From positions 115,621 to 135,620 of the forward strand of contig NW_026250447.1 in assembly GCF_024521635.1 (NCBI RefSeq): 20,000 nucleotides of DNA, given 5' to 3'. The translations under genes were made by a program, and so were the position numbers. Below are positions 1 through 10,177 of this stretch, piece by piece. This DNA comes from Tricharina praecox. Taxonomy: Eukaryota. The notes beneath the pieces are model-generated. The model ran no database searches and had not been told where the DNA came from. It saw only the letters and a list, made by a program, of their open reading frames with translations. Position 1 is the stretch's first letter; the number at the start of each line of letters is the position of its first letter.

Positions 1-2156
1 CTACATGGATAGACCTCCAGGGCACCGCTCGTTAAGAAGGACAGTGTTTACCAACTGTTGTCTGACTAATCACGTAATCAAGCTTTGTTTCACCCTATGG
101 TGTTTCACGGCCTTCTCGCCTGCAGCCGTAATACAGACTCCACGCAGCGATCAACTTGCTCCGCCTCCCCCTCCGCCCTAAGCTCCGAAACGGTGGGGTT
201 AGAACGCCCCAAGGAACGTGCACGATGGCGACATGCTCAACAAAACGGTTGTTAGTGCTGTGCTACCAATAATTGCTAGCCGTTGAGCATCCAGGAATCA
301 GTACATATCCGACGCGTTTCCCTGTCCGTCGGCGTATATGGCGGGACTGGGGGCCGCGCCTCGCTGAAATACCGACTTACAACACGCCTGTTGTGCATAC
401 CCGGCACTAACAGAAACCGGGGGACACCTGGCACTTACAGCCCTACATAACCCACCAGCACACCGCCGAAAACATCGTCCCACTTCAGCAACACGACTCC
501 ATAGTCATCATCCGAGTGGTACCCAAGGTACAAAGCTTGTTCATTCCTTACGGAGCACGCAATTGATTGCTCCTAAGTGAAACACCGCCGATTCGCCGTG
601 TGCGTGGTCATGATCTGCGGCGGGCAACATAGGCCCATTTGTCGCCGGCGTGTTCTCTACGTCATCTGGAGTGCAGCTGGGTTAGGTTTGCTGGCGTGCA
701 CATGATTTTGGCACTAGCGGATGCTGGGTTCCAACGTTCGCGTTGCAACGGCAAGCTCCGGGAATGTTCCCTCGAGCTTCCATGCGGCCTGTGCCCCATC
801 GAAAACGCTCACTCGCGCTATCTACCGAAAGCCTCAGTTAAATCGTCCACAAGTCCTGTCCTCATTCCCTCCGACCTGGTCCCTGTTTCTTTTAAAGTGT
901 CTGGATTGCTGAGCAACAAAGTGGGAGTAATGGTGTAGCTATGGGCGTATGGGACGATTCTACGGCTAACACGTACTTTTTTCAAAAAAGAAGCAACTGC
1001 TTCCGCTCGACACCGCGATGCCGGCACTGCTATACCTACTCTATCGGTAACACCTGTTGCGAGACCGGCCTTATGTACTACGAATCCGCCTGCTGCCCAG
1101 GGTGGTGGTGGATCGTGCGTCGGAACGGCAGTATAACGGCGGACCCGCCGACTTGGATGGGATCTTGGAGACTTGCAGGGAGTTCGGACGACAACAGTTC
1201 ATGCTGCTAGAGTGTAGGGGGAGCGGATACGAGAGATATTCCATGAAGACGAGCGCTAGCCAGAGTTCCAACGGCTACCAAGAATACGGGAGAGCGCCGA
1301 CTTTCTCCCGGCCGTCAGTACCTATTCCCCGAGGAAATAATAGTGAGTGTGTATTTGAAGTTGAACGCATTCCCTCGGGCACGGTTGGAGACATCTGACT
1401 TCTGGGAGGTAGGTGAGGCGGGACCGGGAGATAACTTCCCCCGGCCTTTTAGGTGGATATTCTCGGGTACTACGAACTCTGGATTCAGGAATCCTGGTAC
1501 TAATGGCCCCCTTCGAGGTTAATCAACTACTGGCTCAGATCCGGATTACACATGTACTCCTCCCGAATCGCCGTTGCCGCACTTTGTACGAATCGCTCGA
1601 TTTCTGTCCCCATTACACCTCTATCGTATGCCTGGCGGGCAGACATCAACTTGCTAGACCAGCTCGATATCTTCGGTGGGCAGCTGTACTTCCGCAACTA
1701 CGAGGCCTAAGAAGGTATATGTATTCTGGGGCCTCTATATAGGTAGACGAACTTTGATGGAGACAGAAACGATGATGGACAGTGGAAGAGGATGATAAAT
1801 GGACGCGGAATTCGGAGGTCGACAGGTGTACGAGGATTTGGAGGTATGAGCCTAAGTCCTATACAACCCATAAAATACGCTTTCTTCAGTCTGCTAACAC
1901 CACGAAATGACGAGCGGGCGCTGCGTAGGCCGAGAGAAAAGGCTAAGGGATTGGGGCACCGCCGGGCGTGAACGTGTGGACAGACGAACCATAAGCCGAC
2001 AATGGACCAACAGGGTAGTCGGTAGTGTAGACAAATGTGCACTCGAAAGCCGGGAAACTACTTCCAACAGGCCACGATGCAGAGCGTGCAGCCGCAGCTC
2101 GCGCTCTGGTAGAGGTGAAGGATTGGGCGTCACGACAGAAATTTCAGGGGGCAAGC

Positions 2157-2184
2157 GGCGGGCGGAGGGGCGGGCGGAGGGGCG
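2157..2184. repeat. 12-bp G-rich tandem duplication (GGCGGGCGGAGG) x2.3
   Basis: Copies at 2157-2168 and 2169-2180, plus GGCG. Confidence 0.85.
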
Positions 2185-3824
2185 CATCTCCACGGACTAC
2201 AGAGACATGACCCAGTCATGTGCACGAACCTCACTTGTTCGTCACCACCGGCGAGCCTACCAGCTTCAACTACACCCCAAACACCCATCTGGCAGACAAA
2301 GTGATCTCGTAGGCAGTAAAATGCGCCCCCCTCCGGGGAGCCATAACTGACAGGAGGCGAGAACTCAAAGCCGGTCGTGTCTTAACCTGTACATACACAA
2401 GAAATCACATGTACTATTAAACCATCCAATGTCGCGCCGTGTGAAACCCTGTTATACCACACCGGAAATGTGAGCCTGTGCACACCGCTTCATCCAATCT
2501 CACTCGCCATGCGTTACAATCATGATTATGATGTGTACTTGAATTACGGTCTCATTTAGACGGCAGTTTGAAGCATTCGCTACTTAATCTGTAGCAAGAG
2601 TAACCTACGTGCCGCTAGACATTCAACTGTTGTTGTCGTCGGCAGGTTCGTATGATGAAGCATTTCCCCACTTACATCCACCACACTGACTTCTGCCCCG
2701 TCGGAGGGGACCGAAAATAACGGCAATAAAATTCTGTACTACTCACCACAACGAAAAGGACACTTAATGATTGCCAGGAAAGAATATAAATGTATAGACT
2801 CTCATAAAATTCAACTTTTCTGTCTTCTTTTTTTTTACACTCTCAGGAGTAGATCTCGATGAAAAGTGCCAGAAAGCCATAAACTGTGTCACAACAGGGA
2901 TAAAGAGATATGGATGGATTGATAAACGGTGAGACTGTTGATTATAATGCTTCTCGTCGGGGCCGGAGCGGTGGGGAATTTGATTCCAGTCCATGCACTC
3001 GAGTGCTTTTGATATCACTCATATTCACCAGCTCTGCGCTAACCCCGGAAATTTGAAAAACACGGCGTCCCGCCAGACGGGCACGTAGGCATCCGCGCTC
3101 ACTGCGACACGCCAATTACCGCCGGCTGACCGAAAGGTACCTACTGGAGGTACTATCAAGGCAACCTGCAGAACGATTATTTCTTGGGGCGAATTCTGAG
3201 CACATATTTCGATAATCGAGAGTGTTAAAAGAGACCACAGATCGCAAAGGAACGTGAGTACAAAGAAATTGGAAATCTCACGATAGACAACAATTTTGAG
3301 ATCAGAGACTCGGAGTAGGGCAGAGGTTTTATGTACCAGGAGCTTCTCTTTTATGGAGAATCTCCTGTGTGATGGATGCCCCTTCACTACACTGAGAAGC
3401 TTCTGAAGGCGAGTTTCGCGACGACGTCTTGCGCCGAGTCGTGATATACGAACGGGTGGGCAAAGATATCACAAATCTTAACTCTACCATTCTATCATGT
3501 TTTGATTGATGTCGTTGGAAACCTATTCGCTAGGCACTTAATTAGGCAGGTCAAATCGGCTTTCTCGTGGGATAACTAGTGGGGAATCATTTGTGGTGTT
3601 GGATATGCTGATACTGCTACTGTGTGCGGAATATACTATTCCAATGCGGTTCCTACTATCACTACATCGATACGTGTCGGGGTATTCACACAATGACGGG
3701 CAACATGCTGAGAGGTTCTCTGAATTCGATTATCTCTTCGCCCCACGGCGACAGGAGATACGCGCAACCACACCGTAATATGTACATGACGCAACACGTC
3801 CCCCTCTCCCCTCCCGATTGCGCC

Positions 3825-5258
3825 CTATTCCTTCTCCGTTTTCGTCTCCGGTTTCCGGCCGACAACATGCCACCTGTATTGTCACAGGTGTCAGCACCGC
3901 GCGAAGTCGATCTGGTCTGTAGGCGGGGAGAGGGGGGGAGAGGGGAAAATTTACATGATCTGATATGAGTGCACCTTCTTAGTCTCGATCTCGGTCTGCG
4001 CACTGTTGCACAGCTTGACGACCTCGTCAGAGCTCATGCCTAGGTACCGCGTCAGCGGTGCCATGGCGTACGACTGCAGCCCGGTGGCACTGGTCAGCGC
4101 GGCGATGTACCCCGCCCGCTTCATATCCGGGTTCTTGGGCCAGCCGCCCCAGGGCTGCTTGAACTGGTGGATCTGGGTCCGTGTTGGTGGATGTTCGAAG
4201 CGGCAGAGGCTGGGCAATGGGCTGGCTTACTTTTATATCGACGAACCCAGCGGCGGCGATCTGTCCTTCAGGAGTTCACCCGACGGAAGCACCAGATTCG
4301 CCCCCGAGAGCGACTTGATGAAGCATGCAAAGTAGGTTTCGATCGAAGTGCAGGCCAACGTGCCGTCATCCGAGTGCACCGCTGTCTCGGCCTATGCCAG
4401 CTCTATGTATCCGCCAGGCTTGGTGTGGCTAGATGGCGCGCGCAGTCAGTCAGCCGAGTGCTTGCAGAGTGAGTGGACGAGGACGAACAGGAATATCTGC
4501 TCCAGGTATTTAGGCCAGTCACGAACGCTCTGGGCGATGTTTCGAGAGTGGATCAAGTCGAAGTAGTCCTGCGCGCGCCTTAGTGGGGGTTGCCGCAGGT
4601 CGGAGGCGCAAAAAGCTGCGGTGATCGTGTGCATACCTTGCGGAAGGTCCAGTCTAGTTCGAGGTCGTCGACTTCGAAGCGCACGTTGGGTACAACCCAG
4701 TCGGGTTGGATCGGACTCAGGTCCACGCCGACGACCTCCGCCGACGGGAATAACTCGCCCATATCCAACGCCCAGATACCGGTTCCGGTACCGCAGTCGA
4801 GTATGTGCTGTGGCTTCTCGCCGATCGGCGCAACGTAGAGTGATCCTTTGAGTGACAGAAGCTGTAGGTGATGGTACAAATCGAGGCTTTGACAGGGCGT
4901 TTAGCTTCACTTCCCTCCGATTGCCGTGAGAGGACTGACCGATCTTGCTCCCGCTCATCGTTCGGCAACATGTACTTGCCCTCTTGGAAACGGTGGTATC
5001 GCCGGCCGTTCTCATAGACGTAGTAGACGATCGAGGAGGTTATGCTGTGCGTTGAACTCTCCCTACGGCAGATGTCAGTCGTTGCATGTACACACGAACA
5101 GTGGTTGGCATGTGGGCGTACAGGGTGGAGGAATATTCCGACGAAGAAAAATCGGCATCGTCAACTTCCAACTGCGGTTGTCAGCCTGGTGAGAAAGTAT
5201 AGTCAAGTCCGCAATGGAGACCTACAGCCGGCTGCTCGATGAATTCTGCTGTTGCCAT
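3825..5258 (-). pseudogene. LaeA-like (LLM-type) class I SAM-dependent methyltransferase, 8 exons, disrupted by a nonsense codon and a 1-nt frameshift
   Basis: Manual splicing on the - strand gives exons 5258-5226, 5171-5122, 5062-4940, 4886-4637, 4568-4489, 4428-4231, 4172-3955 and 3873-3825, all GT..AG. The translation has the family motifs YENGRRYH, LPNDEREQDRLDL, LDCGTGTGIWA (SAM motif I), GVDLSPIQP, PNVRFEVDDLE, KPGGYIEL, AGFVDI and C-terminal GRKP. There is an in-frame TAG at 4392-4394 and a missing base near 4261-4263. Repaired length is about 333 aa. Confidence 0.9.
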
Positions 5259-6704
5259 GTTTTGTTTTTTTTCTTGCGCGTGTACTACGGGTACGGGTGT
5301 TCGTCGAAATTTCGAGTGGGAGGAATCTAGGCGTCTTCCGAGCGATATTCAGATAGCCGGAGCAAAACCGAACAATCTTCGGCGGCAGCACGGTACTTAT
5401 GGGCATCAGCGGACACCAGCGTGCGGAAAGGATTTAGCTGCCTCGCAATTGTCCGCTTCCTTGCTTGACTCAGGGACACACCATTGGCGCGAGTCGCTTG
5501 CATGATGCGCGGAATACTCGCTTGCAGTTCATATGTCGTCTGTTTGTGGTGGGGTTGTTTACATAAATACCTAGGGTGGACCTCTGCAGTCAGCTGGAGT
5601 ATGTGTTCAGTCGGCGTGCGGGACCATGAAGAAAAGGTCGCGGAGATTCTTCCATTTGCACCGTTTCTTCCATTGCGCCGTTGATATCCACTGAACGCGC
5701 GCTTAAAGGCGGGCCTAGCCGGCGGTGCATCGAGCAGACCCCAGCTCGAAACGTCCTCTAGCAGTCGACGGCAATCAACAGACATCCACAGTAATATCTG
5801 CTCCTACCGCAACAGCTGGAGTGGAAGCAAACACGGTCTTGCGCAAGCCAAGAATCGAAGGTATCGATGCAGTGAGCGTGGTACGTACTCTACACATCTG
5901 CAGGCTCCGGGTGAAGATCTGCAGTCACTCTCAGGACATTGACAAGGTACCCTGCGATTCTACTCCTCGAGAATCGAAATAACTGTATGAGAGACCAAAG
6001 TATTCCCGTGCTCGGAGCATAGTACATAGGTATGGGGTGAGGGCTGGTGTACGTACGGGATGTTCATCCCAGCGATTTATTCCATCCAATGTTCACGGTT
6101 CACTCCCCAATAACTATCGACTTCGATGATGAATAGAATCTGAGCATTGTTCCTCGCCTCCAAGGGCGCAGAAACACCACTGGTCGAAACGGCACGGCAC
6201 CTCTCTGGCGGGCAGGATTTGCGTGCAATGATCAATCCCTGGAGCCGGGCAATTACTCTATATGTTTCCGGTGCTTGTCAACCCAAAGCCATCTAAAAGC
6301 GGGGTAGGCGGTTTGGAGGTCGAGAGTCCTACATATCCCATGGCCGTGCGGCCCCGCTCCCGGGCTTTTCGGAGACATTCCGACGGGATCATCGGGTGCC
6401 CCCCAGAAAAGCAAGCGCAAGTGCATGTGGCAATCGCAAAGAGACGAACGTCCGCCGGTATACGGTGTGGGTTGTGTATGGAGATGCACGTCCACATGCT
6501 GCGCACCAGGGGCTGTTCATCACGCGTATGTGCCTACATATGTACACGGTACATATCGACATACATCCAGGCTATTTGCAAACGATAGCCATAATCCTAT
6601 GCATATCCTGTATTCACGAGTACCTACCGTATCACATGAAAGAGTTCCTTTCAAGCTGTAGGGAAGGGATGGATGGATTCGGCCATAGAAACTAGGTAGG
6701 AGTC

Positions 6705-6748
6705 GGTCAATCTAGTCTCCTAGGTCAATCTGGTCTGCCAGGTCAATC
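6705..6748. repeat. Imperfect 18-bp tandem repeat, about 2.5 copies (GGTCAATC core)
   Basis: GGTCAATCTAGTCTCCTA (6705), GGTCAATCTGGTCTGCCA (6723), GGTCAATC (6741). Confidence 0.85.
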
Positions 6749-7139
6749 GTTGTGGGCCTGCAGTCGATACCTACCGATGCCCACGTATGTACCAGTGTTC
6801 CACGTCAATTCCTACCTCAATGGTTTAGCCGGTGGATGACAAGGGTTTCGCTGACCAGTTCGATTGTCGCTTGTGGCGCGGTGGAGCCTGGAGGCCATCA
6901 AATAATCGTGGCGGTATCGGGCCGCAGAGTTCCCAAGAGCGAGAACCTCAAGCCTTGCGTTTAAGGTTTCGTTTCCGACGCGTAGGCATATTGGGAATGT
7001 CACAAATGGGTCATCTCCACATTAATTATTAGTCCGTCATTCAGTCGACGGCGTGAACATCGCGCATCGCATCCGAATAGAACCTAATATTGCTCGTCCC
7101 AGCCATCCGTAACAAACCATCACTGCTAAAGCCATGCAA

Positions 7140-8513
7140 CTACTCCTCCTCTCCAGGCGCATCCTCATCCTCGTCGTTATCTTGCTCGTCGTGGTGGGTC
7201 TGCTGCCCAGCGGGCGGTAGCTCCACTCCCTCATAGCGGGCAACATACTCCTCTCTCCTCCTCTTCTCCGATGGGATCAGGTCCCTAATCTTCAGTTTGA
7301 GTGCCTCGGCGGCCAGCTCCTCCTCCCCCTCATCTTCTCGCCGCTGGCTCAGATCGAATTGGAACTTTGCCTTTCTCTTGGGACGGATGGTGTATCGTCC
7401 AAGGATGGGGTAGAAGTAGGCGCCGCGGGGCCTGTCCTCGTCGCCGGCCCGCAGACACATGGCGACCTCCTCGGGCTGCATGTCGAACTGGGTGTGCCCG
7501 CCGCGGGTATCCTTCGCTTCGTAGCGGCGCACGTACGTGTAGCGGAATTCGTCGTCGTCCAGGTCTTCCTCGTACGAGAACTTGCGCTTCACGGCGCCGG
7601 CGGTGGTGGTGGTGTCGGGAATGTAGAAGTCGAAGCACTCCCTGCGCTCCTCGGGCGGGGTTTCGTCGTCGTGGTGCGTCTCGACCGGCTGGAATAGACT
7701 CATGTCGATCCTGACGTCCCTGCGACCGTCGCGCTCGGCGTCCGTCGGCGCGGTCTGGAACTTGAACACCATGTAGCCGCCGGTATCGCTCATCCCCTCG
7801 AGATGAGGCAGCAGCGGGAAAGTCTCGAGCGCCTTGACGCCGGGCTTGTTGGGATGCTTCAGCTCCTTCCAGTTGCGCTCCGCGTTCATGGCCGCCTTGT
7901 CGCCGGAAGCGTACTGTCGCGCCGCATCCGGAACATCCGGATTGGGGTTCGCGACGTCGAATCCCTTCATCACCGCAGCCAAGATGCGCACGGGATCGGT
8001 GTCCTCCGGTCGCTGCGTCGTGCGGCGCGATTTCGACGGGATCGCGACAAGCTGGCTCGACGTCGTCGATTTGAACGATGACCGTGATTGCTCGGCCGAG
8101 ATGTACTCGGTACGACGTAGAAAGGAGACACTGCTACCCCCGGTCGCAGTGCGGTTGGTGGGCTTTCCGAGGGACGCCGCGGGCCGGAGAAGCGCGCGGT
8201 CGCGCGGATCGACAGGCGGGATAGGATCCATGGGACGTAATACCGAGTCGTCGCCCTCGAAGACGCGCGGGATGTGCACCAGGTCTAACGGCATGCCGAG
8301 CTCCGAGTCCACCTCGATGTTGAGGGGCTCCGAACGGGCGAGTTGCGAGACGAACGACGTATCGGTGTACTGCGAGAAGGCGGAGTTGGGCACGTCGAGA
8401 AGCTTCGGGGGGCCAATCGGGATGGGGAGGGCATTGTTGTAACGGATGCGCGCAATATAGTCTTGAGGGTAAGTTCGTGACGCCGCTGGGCGTTGCGAAG
8501 AGGAGGACGACAT
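7140..8513 (-). CDS. PAF1: RNA polymerase II-associated factor Paf1 (Paf1 complex subunit), 457 aa, intronless
   Basis: Uninterrupted ORF from the ATG at 8513 (MSSSSSQRPAASRTYPQDYIARIRYNNALPIP...PKLL). It contains the Paf1 motifs DSELGMPLDL, DPRDRALL, VSFLRRTEYIS and LKHPNKPGVKALETFPLLP, and ends in an acidic tail. Confidence 0.95.
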   Translation of the reverse strand: MSSSSSQRPAASRTYPQDYIARIRYNNALPIPIGPPKLLDVPNSAFSQYTDTSFVSQLARSEPLNIEVDSELGMPLDLVHIPRVFEGDDSVLRPMDPIPPVDPRDRALLRPAASLGKPTNRTATGGSSVSFLRRTEYISAEQSRSSFKSTTSSQLVAIPSKSRRTTQRPEDTDPVRILAAVMKGFDVANPNPDVPDAARQYASGDKAAMNAERNWKELKHPNKPGVKALETFPLLPHLEGMSDTGGYMVFKFQTAPTDAERDGRRDVRIDMSLFQPVETHHDDETPPEERRECFDFYIPDTTTTAGAVKRKFSYEEDLDDDEFRYTYVRRYEAKDTRGGHTQFDMQPEEVAMCLRAGDEDRPRGAYFYPILGRYTIRPKRKAKFQFDLSQRREDEGEEELAAEALKLKIRDLIPSEKRRREEYVARYEGVELPPAGQQTHHDEQDNDEDEDAPGEEE

Positions 8514-8691
8514 TTTGAATAGGGTGGTTGGTGGTCGTCGTGGAGTTAGGGTGGTGGAAGACTGGTGAGAGTGAATGAGCTTGAAGTTTCCCGACGCGAC
8601 AGAGCGATCGAGCTGTGCGGTCCCGTGCGCAGACACGCTAGTCCAGATTAACGCATATCGAGTGATGGACCTGGGTAGCCGCAAAACGGCC

Positions 8692-8697
8692 ACGCGT
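8692..8697. promoter_or_regulatory. Single MluI cell-cycle box (ACGCGT) upstream of PAF1
   Basis: Exact ACGCGT about 180 bp upstream of the PAF1 ATG. A single hexamer can easily occur by chance. Confidence 0.3.
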
Positions 8698-8847
8698 CTA
8701 AATTTTCCAACGGTAAAGCAGGCACTTCTATTCTATTCTCTATTGTTACAGTCGAATTCGTTTACTCTCATTATCGGGGGAGTCATTGAAGTCTGATAGA
8801 GGACGACACCCCAACTGCCCTCGGAAACAATGCAGCCAGTCAGGACA

Positions 8848-8891
8848 GCGGGAAAGCGGGAAAGCGGGAAAGCGGGAAAGCGGGAAAGCGG
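8848..8891. repeat. Perfect 8-bp tandem repeat (GCGGGAAA) x5.5
   Basis: Copies start at 8848, 8856, 8864, 8872 and 8880, plus a partial GCGG at 8888-8891. It lies about 335 bp upstream of the PAF1 ATG. Confidence 0.97.
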
Positions 8892-10177
8892 AGTAGAAAA
8901 TGGGACTGTCAGCCGCTTAGATGGCTGTTTAGGAGTGATCGCCCATCATTATAGTAGATACCACATGCTCTAGAGATTTTTGACAGCGAGTGTTCCACCT
9001 GAGATCGTGGGCAGGGATGGAGAAATCAACCGTCCTGGCCGGTACATACCCGTCCTGACTCCTAATCGTTGGTGGTGCAGAGATACATCGGTTCTCTACG
9101 AGACTTGCAGACCCAACTGGGTTGCATGGTACCGTTGGAAACGGCGGTCCGCTCTGCTATGTAATCTGCCCGAGATCGGCACCATTGGGAGTTGCCCAAC
9201 GCATCATCCGATGAATCTTCCCGCAGACCGTTTGTGGCGGCAGACGCAGCAATGCACGCTTTGCATTAGCCGCGGCAGTTGTATGTTCTATCATACGACC
9301 AAATAGACGGATAAACGCAACCCATCATGCAGACACCCCGACGGAGGAGGTTAAATAGCTGGCGGCTGCGAGCTGGGTGGCCTGGAGAAGGAGAGGAAGA
9401 AGCAGCAACTCGGCAGCGACGGGCCGCATAGAAGTGAGTGACGTGGGCGCAGTGGATTCCCGTTTGCTGGCGGGTGTTTTCTCGAATGCATGCGTGTGAA
9501 ATGCTGCTACGTGAACTCTGCAGGGCGGCTAATCAACGCAGCTGCACACAGCAATGCCCACCACTCCCCCGCCTATCCGGCCTTCTTTCGGCGGCGGGGA
9601 ACGGCGGTAGATTAGTGCAAATACGCCACAGTGGGAGTCGCGACTCGCGCGTGCCATGAGCATTCACTCATCCCTTTTCCACAACGCCAAAAAAATATTA
9701 TTTTAATATGTGCGGCTGAGGCTGAGGTGGTTGCCGCATCGGGTAGAAATCAACGACCCCTGTGGGCCCACAGGAATTGTCACGACTATGGACCGTGCAC
9801 GAAAAGTGAAGTGAGTGAGATAATGAGGATGTGTTTCTGTCATGAACGCTCCCTCTAAAGTTGGGCTTGCCACCAAAGCTTACAGGAACCGATCCCGCAA
9901 GATTGGGAGTCGAACCTTTAAAGTTTTCTTGGCATAGTGTATCGCGTCAGTTTCACGTATTCTACACGACGATCAGCCGCGGCGCACAATTGTCAGCAGT
10001 ACGTAGGTTTGCAGCGCCTCCTGGTCCGTTCACCTGAGACGTAGGCTTCCCCACATACAACTGGCTCCCAATGAACTTACACATCATACGGAAGCAGACC
10101 AGCAACGCGAGCAAACATACCAACAGCAAGAACGAGCATACATACTGGCAGCAGGAACGACCATCTCGAGCGGCACA

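Noticed and set aside
3043..3444. Protein-looking + strand frame (YWRYYQGNLQNDYFLGRILSTYF...) in an AT-richer stretch
   Set aside because: Five stops in about 134 codons is near random expectation and no family is recognisable, so a pseudogene call is not supported.
4404..4409. TATGTA inside the methyltransferase (and at 14898-14903 in FKBP12) as transposon footprints
   Set aside because: The first is the in-frame Tyr-Ile of PGGYIEL and the second is part of a GTATGT splice donor.
7301..8442. Several + strand and alternative-frame ORFs overlapping PAF1
   Set aside because: Shadow ORFs caused by GC-rich codon usage; no recognisable motifs.
8514..8693. 60-codon N-terminal extension of PAF1 in the ORF track
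   Set aside because: It starts at GTG rather than ATG. Paf1 similarity begins just after the ATG at 8513, which has a good AAAATG context, so this is most likely 5' UTR.
9860..9990. tRNA gene around the B-box
   Set aside because: No pairing T-stem, acceptor stem or A-box/D-arm could be built.
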